A DNA stretch of 38,458 nucleotides from a virus: IMG/VR virus record IMGVR_UViG_3300045988_156575. One strand, given 5' to 3'. Below the pieces are notes generated by a model. That model did no database searches. It saw only the letters and a program-made list of their open reading frames with translations, and was not told where the DNA came from. Positions 1-9,140 of the stretch are shown one piece after another. The translations under genes were made by a program, and so were the position numbers. The first letter of the stretch is position 1, and every line of letters begins with the position of its first letter.

Positions 1-77
1 CGCCACCGGCGATACCGCAGTCCAGCTTGGGTCCAGCTCGGGCACGTCCTACGTCGAGGGCGACGAGGTCGCGCTGT
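1..77. repeat. Terminal overlap copy 1 (identical to 38382..38458)
   Basis: Compared base by base: cgccaccggcgataccgcagtccagcttgg...gcgctgt is present at both ends. Confidence 0.95.
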
Positions 78-730
78 CCAAGTTCACCGCCACCTACGAG
101 CCCGTGGGCGAGGCCGAGGCCTTCCCGTACCGCCGCATGACCACGCACAAGGCGATCCAGCAGTCCGGCTACGTCAACGCCGTGCTCAAGACCGACAAGC
201 ACATGGCCTCGCTCGTGCGCCGCAGCATCGTCTCGCAGTTCTTCTCCTTCCTGCTCAATGGAACGGGCGCGGCGACCGGCAAGGGCCTGCAGGCATGCGC
301 CGCGGCCGTCGACGCCAAGCTCGGCAACACCCTCGAGACCAACGGCGACGCCGCCGAGCGCATCGTCCACTTCATCAACCGAGACGACGCCGCCGACTAC
401 CTCGGCGCCGCCACCATCACCGACCAGAACCTGTTCGGCCTCACCTACCTCGAGAACTTCCTGGGCCTCTCGGGCGTCTTCCTGACCAACCAGGTCGCCA
501 AGGGAACCATGATCGCCACCCCCGCCGACAACATCCGCATCTTCGGCGTCGACTTCGGCGAGCTCGCGACCTCGGGCCTCACGTACACGGTCTCCGACTC
601 CGGCCTGATCGGCGTCGCGCACACCCCGGCGTACGACCACGTGTCCGTCGAGACTAACGTGCTCGCCGGCGCGACGTTCTTCCCCGAGGTGCAGGACTAC
701 ATCGTGAAGGGAACCATCACGACCAAGTAA
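1..730 (+). CDS. Major capsid protein, C-terminal part (continues from 38173..38458 across the circular junction; joined product about 312 aa)
   Basis: The frame starting at nt 2 is open to the TAA at 728-730. It is in phase with the ATG at 38173, since 38382 equals nt 1 and falls at codon position 3. The gene sits directly after the scaffold gene and before the connector genes, and its size is typical of HK97-fold capsid proteins. Confidence 0.8.
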   Translation, partial: ATGDTAVQLGSSSGTSYVEGDEVALSKFTATYEPVGEAEAFPYRRMTTHKAIQQSGYVNAVLKTDKHMASLVRRSIVSQFFSFLLNGTGAATGKGLQACAAAVDAKLGNTLETNGDAAERIVHFINRDDAADYLGAATITDQNLFGLTYLENFLGLSGVFLTNQVAKGTMIATPADNIRIFGVDFGELATSGLTYTVSDSGLIGVAHTPAYDHVSVETNVLAGATFFPEVQDYIVKGTITTK

Positions 731-740
731 GGAGGCCGAC

Positions 741-1160
741 GTGGACGACTACGCGTTCGCTACGGTCGACGAGTACCGCATCGACACGGGGGACGCGGTG
801 ACCGACGAGGAGCGCGTCGCGGCCGAGCTGTCGCGGCAGAGCGCGAAGCTCCGCGCGACCCTCGGCATACCGCGCTACCGCTCCCTGACGGGCGACGCCC
901 GCGAGCTTGCCCGCGACCTGGTGACCGACGCGGCCCGCAAGAAGCTGGTCCAGCCGGCCTGCGCGCCCATGGGCGTGGAGGACCTCACCGGCGTCTCGCA
1001 GTCGAGCTTCACGGCCAACGGGTTCCAGGGGAGCTTCACGTTCCAGAACCCGAGCGGCACGGCCTACTTCGACCGCTCGACGCTCGCCGCGCTCAAGAGG
1101 CTGCTCGGGCGCGGCCAGCGCATCGGCACCGTGTGCCCGAGCTACGGGGGCAGGCCGTGA
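741..1160 (+). CDS. Head-tail connector / gp6-like DNA-packaging adaptor (positional call)
   Basis: GTG start after an AAGGAGG RBS. The 139-aa product lies directly after the capsid gene. The N-terminal ATVDEYR-type motif resembles gp6-like connectors. Confidence 0.5.
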   Translation: MDDYAFATVDEYRIDTGDAVTDEERVAAELSRQSAKLRATLGIPRYRSLTGDARELARDLVTDAARKKLVQPACAPMGVEDLTGVSQSSFTANGFQGSFTFQNPSGTAYFDRSTLAALKRLLGRGQRIGTVCPSYGGRP

Positions 1161-1510
1161 TGGGCGAGGAGGTGACGGTGCTGTCGAGCACGGAGACGGG
1201 CAGGGACGCCATGGGCGAGCCTGTCGTCGAGTGGGAGGCCACCGTCGTCACTGGGTGCCTCGTGCGGCCCCTGGCGGGCTCTGATGTGGGGGATGCCGTC
1301 CGGCCTGACGGCATCGAGGCGAGCTACTCCATCGCGTTCCCCAAGACGTACGCGGGGCCGCCGCTGGCGCGCTGCCGCATCGCCCTGACGGGGCGCGGCA
1401 TGCCAGCCGACCCCGACACCGCGCTGCTGGTCGTCGGTTCCCCCGACATCGCGAACCCCTGTCCCACGGCGTGGAACATGACGGCGACGGCGGGGAGGGT
1501 CCATGGCTGA
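1160..1510 (+). CDS. Head closure / head-tail joining protein (SPP1 gp16-like by position)
   Basis: The ATG overlaps the previous TGA (GTGATG). The product is 116 aa and occupies the usual position in the neck module. Confidence 0.5.
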   Translation: MGEEVTVLSSTETGRDAMGEPVVEWEATVVTGCLVRPLAGSDVGDAVRPDGIEASYSIAFPKTYAGPPLARCRIALTGRGMPADPDTALLVVGSPDIANPCPTAWNMTATAGRVHG

Positions 1511-1826
1511 CAAGATCAAGTTCGGGCGCTTCGTCCACAGCGACGCGGGCGTCATCGCCGTCACGAAGGGCGCGGGCGTCCGCGCCTGGGCGGCGGCCGA
1601 GACCGCCCGTCTCGCGGCGAGGGCCAACGCCGAGGCAGCATCACACCACGTGCCGTCAGGCTACCGCAGGTCCCTCGAGAAGAAATACCCGGGGACATTC
1701 GACAGCGCCCCCTACGTGGGCGTCGTCAAGTCGGGCTCCTGCGACACCTTAGGCGTCGTACGCGCCGCGACCCCGGCAGGCGCCTTCGACCAGAACCGCA
1801 ACCACACGCTCGACCACCTGCTCTAA
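1503..1826 (+). CDS. Neck/tail-joining module protein, function unknown
   Basis: ATGGCTGA overlap with the upstream gene. 107 aa, within the morphogenesis operon. Confidence 0.45.
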   Translation: MADKIKFGRFVHSDAGVIAVTKGAGVRAWAAAETARLAARANAEAASHHVPSGYRRSLEKKYPGTFDSAPYVGVVKSGSCDTLGVVRAATPAGAFDQNRNHTLDHLL

Positions 1827-1835
1827 GGAGGAAAC

Positions 1836-2204
1836 GTGCCGAGACTCAACGTGATGGGCGAGCTCAGGGCGATCCTCGAGTCCGCCCTGGGCGGCGTGCC
1901 CGTTCAGGTCGGCCTGCCCGGGGAACGGCCGGGGACCGTCGTGGTGGTCCGCCGGTGCGGGGGCGCGCGGCAGGACGCGCTCGTGGACTCGCCGCAGGTC
2001 GAGGTCATCATGTGGGCCCCGACAGAGGCCAGGGCCGAGGAGCTCGCCGAGCTCGTGGGCGACGCGATGTCGCACCTGCCGTTCGCGCGGGGCTTCTGCG
2101 CCTGCGAGGAGCTCGAGATGCGGACCGACTACGACTACCTCGCCCGGTCCCCGCGCTGGTACGCGCTGTACCGACTGAAGACATACCAACCGAAAGAAGG
2201 ATAA
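1836..2204 (+). CDS. Tail terminator / tail completion-like protein
   Basis: GTG start 4 nt after an AAGGAGG RBS. The 122-aa gene lies immediately upstream of the major tail gene. Confidence 0.5.
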   Translation: MPRLNVMGELRAILESALGGVPVQVGLPGERPGTVVVVRRCGGARQDALVDSPQVEVIMWAPTEARAEELAELVGDAMSHLPFARGFCACEELEMRTDYDYLARSPRWYALYRLKTYQPKEG

Positions 2205-2837
2205 ATGGCATCCAACAACGAAGAGGCCAAGATTGCCCTCGCGTCAGAGGAAGCGACCCCCGCGGCCGATATCGACCCCTCGCTCGTAACCACCGGCTCA
2301 CCCGTCGAGGGCGGCTGCGTGTACACGAGCTTCAAGGCCAATCCGACGCTCCCGGCCGACGCCACGACCAAGATCTCCACGCTCACCGACCTCGTGTCGC
2401 TGGGCGACCTGTCGCCCGACGGCTTCACGGCCTCCAAGGGCGTGACGGTCAACGAGTTCAAGGGCTGGCACCAGTCCATCGTGCTCACCAAGGTCTCCGA
2501 GGAGAAGCACCAGTACAAGATGGTCTTCATCGAGTCCGTCCGCTCCTCCGTCGCCAAGCTGCGCTACGGCGCCGACAACGTCGAGACGAACGAGGACGGA
2601 ACGTTCAGCCACATCAAGGCCGTCGCCAACTCCGACGTGCGCGTCCCGCTCGTCATCGACGAGCTCGAGGACACTGGCAACCTCCGCCGCACCGTCATCC
2701 CGCGCGTCTCCATCGACTCCTACGACGACGTCGAGCACAAGCCCGGCGGACTGGTCCAGTACGGCTTCACCTTCACGGTCCTCAAGACCGCGGACAAGCC
2801 GCTGTTCGACATCTACCGCGCTAAGCCCGCCGCGTAG
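2205..2837 (+). CDS. Major tail protein
   Basis: 210 aa with a good RBS. It is followed by a strong terminator hairpin and then the chaperone frameshift pair and the tape measure gene, which is the canonical order. Confidence 0.75.
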   Translation: MASNNEEAKIALASEEATPAADIDPSLVTTGSPVEGGCVYTSFKANPTLPADATTKISTLTDLVSLGDLSPDGFTASKGVTVNEFKGWHQSIVLTKVSEEKHQYKMVFIESVRSSVAKLRYGADNVETNEDGTFSHIKAVANSDVRVPLVIDELEDTGNLRRTVIPRVSIDSYDDVEHKPGGLVQYGFTFTVLKTADKPLFDIYRAKPAA

Positions 2838-2856
2838 ACAGGGCCATAACGAAAAC

Positions 2857-2890
2857 GCCGCCCCGGTTCTGCCGGGGCGGCCCTTTATCT
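2857..2890 (+). terminator. Intrinsic terminator/attenuator after the major tail gene
   Basis: 10-bp GC stem gccgccccgg (2857-2866) pairs with ccggggcggc (2872-2881). The loop is 5 nt and a T-rich tail follows. Confidence 0.6.
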
Positions 2891-2900
2891 GGGAGGAAAG

Positions 2901-3290
2901 ATGAACAAGGACTACCTGGCAATGATGGACGAGGGCGAGCTCGAGGCATACGCCAAGGTCCTCGGCTTCACGACCGCCGCCGCGCAGACGGCGGCCGACA
3001 AGGCGAAGCTCATCGAGCAGAAGCGAGGACGCTGCGCCGAGCTGACCGTTCTCGGCATCGCCATGAGCATCCCCGTCAAGCGAGCGCACGACCGCCGCTT
3101 CATCGACGCCATAAACAAGGAGGACCGCACGACCGAGGAGCTCGACGGGGCGTTCCTCTTCCTCCTCGGCGACGAGCAGTACGAGAGCCTCATGGAGGCC
3201 GTGACCGAGGACGACGGCACGCAGGACGACGATGCGCTGGGCTACGCCTACAACAAGCTGCTCTACTCGGCCGAACTAAAAAACTTCTAG
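2901..3290 (+). CDS. Tail assembly chaperone (gpG-like, 0-frame product)
   Basis: 129-aa acidic protein between the major tail and tape measure genes. It ends just after a slippery heptamer. Confidence 0.8.
   Translation: MNKDYLAMMDEGELEAYAKVLGFTTAAAQTAADKAKLIEQKRGRCAELTVLGIAMSIPVKRAHDRRFIDAINKEDRTTEELDGAFLFLLGDEQYESLMEAVTEDDGTQDDDALGYAYNKLLYSAELKNF
3278..3284 (+). promoter_or_regulatory. Programmed -1 ribosomal frameshift slippery site A_AAA_AAC
   Basis: The 0-frame codons are CTA AAA AAC TTC TAG. The -1 frame stays open from here to 3658. Confidence 0.8.
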
Positions 3291-3658
3291 AGCTCGCCGA
3301 CCTTGAGGAACGCCACCTGCCCCTGCTCAGGCACGACTTCAGGGTCTTCTACGGCTGCTGCTACGACGAGGTCGGCGCCGCCGAGGCGTACGACCTCGTG
3401 AGGACGCTGCCGGACGGGTCGCTCACCGTGGCGGCCCTCCACCCGGAGCGCAGCTGGACCCAGGAGCAGCACCTGGCGGCGGACGTCGTGGACAGCGTCT
3501 ACGCGGCGGCGACCGCGCTGTGCGGCGGCAAGGCATCGGAAGCCCCGAGGGTGCCCCGCCCGCGGGACGTGGCCGCCGCCGGCGCCGCGGTAGAGCGCGC
3601 GGCGTCGGTTCGTGCCCGCATCGAGAACACCGAGTGGGTGGAGGTGACGGATGGCTGA
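3284..3658 (+). CDS. -1 frame extension of the tail assembly chaperone (gpGT-like fusion: 2901..3284 joined to 3284..3658)
   Basis: The -1 frame reads KKLLELADLEERHL...LPDGSLTVAALHPERSWTQEQHLAADVVDSVYAA without a stop. No RBS-backed start of its own was found. It ends overlapping the tape measure start. Confidence 0.75.
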   Translation, partial: LLELADLEERHLPLLRHDFRVFYGCCYDEVGAAEAYDLVRTLPDGSLTVAALHPERSWTQEQHLAADVVDSVYAAATALCGGKASEAPRVPRPRDVAAAGAAVERAASVRARIENTEWVEVTDG

Positions 3659-6600
3659 GATCGGACGCGCGGACCTGCTGATCGTCCCCAGGTTCGACAA
3701 CCTTACCAAGTCGGTCGAGTCCGCGCTCGGCAAGTGCGAGGGGCAGGCGAGCAAGTCCGGCTCCAGCCTCGGCAAGAGCACGGGCTCCGGGTTCGGGAAG
3801 GGGCTGGCCGGCTCCGGCGCGATGATAGGCGCCTTCTCGACGCTCACGTCGAAGGCCATGGACTCCATCTCGTCCCATGTCGGGTCGGCGATCAGCCGCT
3901 TCGACACACTCAACAACTACCCGAAGGTCATGCGGTCCCTCGGGTACTCCGCCGATTCCGCCAACGCGTCTATCGGCAAGATGTCCGACCGCCTGTCGAC
4001 CCTGCCCACCAGGCTCGACGACATGGTCTCGGTCGTCCAGGGCATCACCGCCACGGTCGGCGACCTCGACAAGGCCACCGACGTCGGACTCGCGCTCAAC
4101 GACATGCTCATCGCCTCGGGCAGCTCGACCCAGCTGTGCGCGGCGGCGATGGAGCAGTTCCGCCAGATCCTCTCCAAGGGCAAGCCCGAGATGGAGGACT
4201 GGCGCTCGCTTACGACGGCCGCGCCTGGCCAGATGGACCAGCTGGCGAAATCCATGCTCGGCCCCACGGCAAACGCCAACGACCTGTACGCAGCGCTCGG
4301 TGGCGGGGGCAAGGACCCGACCATCACGCTCGACCAGCTCATGGACAAGATGGTCGAGCTCGATACGCAGGGCGGCGCGAGCTTCGCGTCCTTCAAGGAC
4401 CAGGCCGAGACCGCGGCCGGCGGCGTCCAGACGAGCATCCAGAACATGTCGAACTCCGTGACCAAGGGCGTCACCGGGACGTTCGAGGCGATCGGCAGAA
4501 ACAACATCGCCGGGGTGCTCGACGACGCGAAGGGCGCCGTGAGCGGCTTCTTCAAGGTCGTCAACGGCGGAGTCTCCGCATCGATGCCCCTGGTCAAGCA
4601 GCTCTACGGCGGGTTCAAGGGCCTGGCCCCCGAGATAATCTCGGGGGCGGCGGGCATCGCGGCGTGGCAGAAGGCGGTGCCCGTCCTCTCCGGCGTCGCG
4701 AGCGGCGTGGGCAAGGCCACCGAGGCGTTCAAACTCGCCCGCGGGGGCGCCGGAACGTTCGCCGAGTCGCTCGAGGCGGTGGGCATCGGCTTCAACCCGG
4801 TCGCGATCGGCTGCACCGTCGCGGCCGCCGGCATCGGCATACTCATCGAGAAGCAGGTCGAGTGGCAGGCCCGCACGGACGCGCTCAACAAGGCCACGAC
4901 CGGCCTGGTCGACGCGGCCTCAAACACCGTGGCGCTCGAGTCCTACGCCGGCAGGGTCGAGAATGTAGGCAAGAAGTCCAGCTTCTCCGCCATGTCCGTC
5001 GACGAGCTCGCCGAGTCGATCGGCAAGCACGTCGACGCCATGAACGAGAACACGAGGGCCGCCGAGTCGCAGATCGCGCAGCTCAACACCGCGCAGCAGA
5101 TCATCGACAACTATGCCGGCAAGACCGACCTGTCCACCGACGCCCAGGGCAGGCTCACGTGGGCGCTGCAGCTGCTCAACGACCAGCTCGGGCTCAACAT
5201 CTCGGCGCAGGACGTGGCGAACGGGCAGTACGTCGACGCGGACGGCAACGTCAAGAACCTCAAGCAGTCCATCGACGAGCTCGTCGCCTCCAAGAAGAAG
5301 GAGGCCGAGGTGAGCGCCCTCACGGCGAACCTCACCGAGGCGTACCAGGCCCAGTCCGAGGCCGCCGACACGCTCGCCTCCAAGACGAAGCCCTACCAGG
5401 ACCGCCTGAAGGAGCTCGCGAAGACCTACCCGGAGCTCTCCAAGGGCGAGCTGGACGCGATAGCCTGCACCGAGAAGATCGGCAGGGAGTACAACGAGGC
5501 GAAGAAGCAGTTCGACTCCGCCTCGGACAGCATCGACGTGCTCAACGGCAAGCTCGGCGACGCCGCCCAGACCACGCAGGAGGCCGGCAGCACGTTCGAG
5601 CACTTCGCCCAGGCGCAGCTCACGCTCTTCCAGGCCCAGCTCTCGGCGAACGGACAGACGCTCACCTCAGTCTCGGGGTCGCTGTCGCAGCTCGGCGTCA
5701 ACACCGAGCAGCTGGCGGGCCTCAGCGACGAGCAGCTCGCCAGGCTGGCGCAGGACTACGACGGCGCGGCGCGGTCCATCGTCTCCGACCTCGACGCCTG
5801 GGGCGTCTCGATGGACGAGGGCGCCGCCTCGACCGTCCGGGCGGCTAGCGAGATCCAGGCCGCGCTCGAGGACATGGGCGGCAAGCTCAAGAAGGCGTTC
5901 TCGAAGGAGAACATCGACTTCGGCGCGTTCTCGGACGCGTGCGCCGCCGCCGGGGTCTCTACCGAGACACTCAACAGCATCGGTTCGGCCAACCTCGCCG
6001 CGCTCGCGCACAACTTCAACGGCAACATCGACCAGATGGTGTGGGCCGTCCAGAACTACAACGCGCAGCCGATCGTCGACAAGAACGGCAACGTCACCGT
6101 CAACCAGGCCCAGCTCATGGACGCCCAGGGCAACGTTTACACCTGGAACGGCGCGCAGCTGATGGACAAGAACGGCACCGTCGACGTGAGCGTCGGCGAC
6201 CTGCGCGACGCCCAGGGCAACCTCGTGACCTGGAACGGCACGGCTCTCCAGTCCAAGAACGGCAAGGCAAAGGTCGACAAGAAGGAAGTCGACAAGGCCC
6301 AGACGGCCGTGGACAAGCTCAACGGCACCAAGCTCAAGAGCAAGGAGATGACCGCCAAGGCGAGCTACTCGACGCTCCCAAGGTGCCAGTCCGCCATGCA
6401 CGCCGTGATGAACGAGCCGTTCCACTCCAGGTCGGCGACGATCACCACGACCTACCTGACCGTCAACAGGACGCGCAACGAGAAGGCCGCCGGCGGCATA
6501 CGCCATGCCGACGGCGGCATCCGCATGCACGCGCACGGCGCCATCGTCGACGCGCCGGTCACCGGCTACCCGCTCGACTGGGTGGGCGAGGACGGTGCCG

Positions 6601-6809
6601 AGGCCATCGTCCCGCTCACCAACCGAAAGTACTCGGAGCCGTTCGCGGCGACCATCGCCGAGCAGATGGCGCGGATCGGCGGCCAGCGCGGCGACGTCTA
6701 CAACATCTACCTCGACGGGTCGGCCCTCGAGGTCGACGAGCGCGTCGCGGAGGCGCTCAGGGCGCTGGTCTCCGAACTCAAGAGGACCGTCAGGACCGGA
6801 AGGGGGTAG
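3651..6809 (+). CDS. Tape measure protein
   Basis: 1052 aa, rich in Ala/Gly/Ser with coiled-coil-like stretches, located after the G/GT chaperone pair. Confidence 0.9.
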   Translation: MAEIGRADLLIVPRFDNLTKSVESALGKCEGQASKSGSSLGKSTGSGFGKGLAGSGAMIGAFSTLTSKAMDSISSHVGSAISRFDTLNNYPKVMRSLGYSADSANASIGKMSDRLSTLPTRLDDMVSVVQGITATVGDLDKATDVGLALNDMLIASGSSTQLCAAAMEQFRQILSKGKPEMEDWRSLTTAAPGQMDQLAKSMLGPTANANDLYAALGGGGKDPTITLDQLMDKMVELDTQGGASFASFKDQAETAAGGVQTSIQNMSNSVTKGVTGTFEAIGRNNIAGVLDDAKGAVSGFFKVVNGGVSASMPLVKQLYGGFKGLAPEIISGAAGIAAWQKAVPVLSGVASGVGKATEAFKLARGGAGTFAESLEAVGIGFNPVAIGCTVAAAGIGILIEKQVEWQARTDALNKATTGLVDAASNTVALESYAGRVENVGKKSSFSAMSVDELAESIGKHVDAMNENTRAAESQIAQLNTAQQIIDNYAGKTDLSTDAQGRLTWALQLLNDQLGLNISAQDVANGQYVDADGNVKNLKQSIDELVASKKKEAEVSALTANLTEAYQAQSEAADTLASKTKPYQDRLKELAKTYPELSKGELDAIACTEKIGREYNEAKKQFDSASDSIDVLNGKLGDAAQTTQEAGSTFEHFAQAQLTLFQAQLSANGQTLTSVSGSLSQLGVNTEQLAGLSDEQLARLAQDYDGAARSIVSDLDAWGVSMDEGAASTVRAASEIQAALEDMGGKLKKAFSKENIDFGAFSDACAAAGVSTETLNSIGSANLAALAHNFNGNIDQMVWAVQNYNAQPIVDKNGNVTVNQAQLMDAQGNVYTWNGAQLMDKNGTVDVSVGDLRDAQGNLVTWNGTALQSKNGKAKVDKKEVDKAQTAVDKLNGTKLKSKEMTAKASYSTLPRCQSAMHAVMNEPFHSRSATITTTYLTVNRTRNEKAAGGIRHADGGIRMHAHGAIVDAPVTGYPLDWVGEDGAEAIVPLTNRKYSEPFAATIAEQMARIGGQRGDVYNIYLDGSALEVDERVAEALRALVSELKRTVRTGRG

Positions 6810-6812
6810 CAG

Positions 6813-9140
6813 ATGGCATCAGCGCAGACGACCAGGGGAGGCGTGACGTACTACACCGTCAACCTCTCCACGTCCGTGTCGAACGTGAACGACACCACGG
6901 CCCGCATCTACTGGACCGCCACCGTCGACTTCGGAGACTGGTACTACTACGGCGTGCGCCTGCACGTCAAGGTCGGCGGCGTCTGGCGGGCGAGCGGCGA
7001 CGGTTACACGACCTCCTCCTGGAAGCGCGCCGTCACCGTCAGTGGGTACACCGACGCGGAGCGCAAGGACAACGACTACGACGTCTGGGTCGAGGCGTAC
7101 ACCGAGTCCGTGGCAGTCAACGGCTACGGCGGGGTCGGCGCGACGACCTCCTGCGGCGAGGGCGCCAGGATCGGCAAGGTCCCGGCATACGAGCCCGCGG
7201 CCCCGACCGACCTCAGGGTCACGCACTCGACCGACGGGACAACCGAGCTCGAGTGGGTCAACCACCCGGACGACGATGCTAGGAAGTACTACGACGGCAT
7301 CAACGTCTACCGCCATACCAACGGCGGCGACACCGAGAACCCCTACAACAGCGTCACGATCTCCAACTGGCGCGACACGTCGACATCGGCAAACAATTAC
7401 TACGACTACGACGTAAGGGCGCGCTGGCGAGGCGGCACGTCGGAGAGAACGAGCCCCGTGCGCGTCTACAAGACGCCCTCCCCACCGGCATCGGTCTCGC
7501 TATCGCGCTCCGGCGACGGCGAGGTCTCGCTGGTCGTCAGGGGTCCCGATATCCCGTTCTGGATTAGCGGCTTCGATGTCCGCGCGACCTCCGACGGCGG
7601 CAGGACCTACAAGCCCCGCGCCCTTACCGCCGACAGACAGGAGCCGGGCGTCTGGACCATGACCGACCCGTCTGCCGTGGCGGGAGAGAAGGTCGTCTAC
7701 GAGGTCCGCACCTACCGCGAGGAGCCCGTGGCGGGCGCGGGGGACACCGTCTTCTCCGCGTGGACGGCATCCAACGCAGTGGCGACGATCTGCCCGCCGT
7801 ACGCGCCCGCCGTCTCCGGGGTCGACCCCGCCTACCCGACTGGGTCGACGGCGACCATCGGCTGGACGCGGAACCACCCCGACGGGACAGCCCAGACGGC
7901 GGCGCAGATTGAGCTGGTCGGGCCCGATGGCAAGACCGTCCCGCACCACATCACCGGGCCCGCGTCGACGACATCCCTGAGCCTGTCCGCGAAGGGCACC
8001 TACCGGCTACGCGTCCGCACCAAGGGCGCCGACCCCTCATGGGGAGCGTGGTCGGAGTACGCGGTGTTCAGGGTCGCCGACCCGCCGCAGGCGTTCTTCA
8101 CGACCCCCGCGGAGGACGGCGAGGCCGTCGTCGAGCTCCCGCTGCGCGCCGCCTGGACCGCTGTCGACGAGACCGGCATCACCTACCAGCGCCTGAGGCT
8201 GCTGCGCGGCGGCTCCGCGGTCATCGACACATCGGTCGCCGCGGGCGCGCGGTCGCACGAGATCGCCTCCGGCCTGGAGAACAGGTCCGCGTACGTCCTC
8301 GAGCTCACCGTCCGCGGCGGCTCGAGCCTGTCCACGACCGTCACCCGCTCGTTCTCGACCGACTGGCTCGTGCCCGCCACGCCCATCGTCAACGTCTCCT
8401 ACAGCGACGCGCTCGCAGCCGTCGTCACGGTGCGCGACGGCATCTCGGAGTTCTCCGTCAGGGACCACAAGCTGCGCGGCCCCATGGCCATGACGCCCGA
8501 GGGCAACATCCGCATCAGGGGCGGCATGTCCATAAAGGGGACGCGCGCAACCGTCCACAGCCTCCCGCCGTGCGCCTCGTTCGATATCGAGCGCGTGCTC
8601 GCGGACGGCTCGAGGCTCCTGCTCGCGAGCGGCCTCAAGTCCGGGCAGAGCGTCATCGACCGCCTGCCGCCGCTCAACGTCGGGTTCTCCTACGTCGCGC
8701 GCGGCTACGCGGCCTCCGGAACCACCTCGACGACCGAGGTGGGGACCGTGTGCCCGTGCGACGGGTTCGCCCTCAACTTCGGGCCGGACGCCTCCGAGGT
8801 CGTCGTGGGCGACAGGAACATGGGCGGCCCGCCGCAGTACTCGGCGAGCCCCGAGCGCGAGCGCGACCAGTTCCACTTCGTCGGCGGCGGCCTGCCCATG
8901 GGGTTCGAGAGCGGCAACCTCTCGATGAAGGAGTCGATGGAGTTCACGATCGAGGAGGACGACTACCTGCGCGTCCGCGGCCTGTTCGGCCGCTACGGAA
9001 GCGCCTGGGTGCGACCCCATCTGGGCGACCGCGGCTTCGCCGCCGTCACGGGGACGCTCACCAGGTGCGCGCCTGAGGACTACAGGGTGTCCGTATCGAC
9101 GAAGAGGGAGCGATGGAGGGAGCCCAACGGTGTCGGATGA
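6813..9140 (+). CDS. Distal tail protein (Dit-like), unusually long, with FN3-like repeat modules
   Basis: It is the first gene after the tape measure. At 775 aa it carries repeated segments with the pattern P.AP..L.V...dg...L.W...D...Y.VYR. Confidence 0.55.
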   Translation: MASAQTTRGGVTYYTVNLSTSVSNVNDTTARIYWTATVDFGDWYYYGVRLHVKVGGVWRASGDGYTTSSWKRAVTVSGYTDAERKDNDYDVWVEAYTESVAVNGYGGVGATTSCGEGARIGKVPAYEPAAPTDLRVTHSTDGTTELEWVNHPDDDARKYYDGINVYRHTNGGDTENPYNSVTISNWRDTSTSANNYYDYDVRARWRGGTSERTSPVRVYKTPSPPASVSLSRSGDGEVSLVVRGPDIPFWISGFDVRATSDGGRTYKPRALTADRQEPGVWTMTDPSAVAGEKVVYEVRTYREEPVAGAGDTVFSAWTASNAVATICPPYAPAVSGVDPAYPTGSTATIGWTRNHPDGTAQTAAQIELVGPDGKTVPHHITGPASTTSLSLSAKGTYRLRVRTKGADPSWGAWSEYAVFRVADPPQAFFTTPAEDGEAVVELPLRAAWTAVDETGITYQRLRLLRGGSAVIDTSVAAGARSHEIASGLENRSAYVLELTVRGGSSLSTTVTRSFSTDWLVPATPIVNVSYSDALAAVVTVRDGISEFSVRDHKLRGPMAMTPEGNIRIRGGMSIKGTRATVHSLPPCASFDIERVLADGSRLLLASGLKSGQSVIDRLPPLNVGFSYVARGYAASGTTSTTEVGTVCPCDGFALNFGPDASEVVVGDRNMGGPPQYSASPERERDQFHFVGGGLPMGFESGNLSMKESMEFTIEEDDYLRVRGLFGRYGSAWVRPHLGDRGFAAVTGTLTRCAPEDYRVSVSTKRERWREPNGVG

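Noticed and set aside
1-77. Terminal direct repeat as a biological feature (LTR, att duplication, or phage terminal redundancy).
   Set aside because: An exact 77-nt overlap with an ORF reading seamlessly through it fits an assembler k-mer overlap on a circular contig. Nothing else marks it as a recombination or packaging site.
3734-5848. 704-aa plus-strand ORF overlapping the tape measure gene in another frame. Similar long alternative-frame or antisense ORFs occur at 2298..3089, 5667..6536, 5939..7282, 8037..9020, 13152..14510, 23269..24942, 24825..25955, 30897..31946, 33461..34825, 34828..36180 and 36378..37964.
   Set aside because: Their translations are dominated by Arg/Gly/Pro/Ala runs, which is typical of off-frame reading of very GC-rich coding DNA. 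They lack RBSs and fully overlap ORFs that have recognisable phage protein features and operon-style start/stop coupling.
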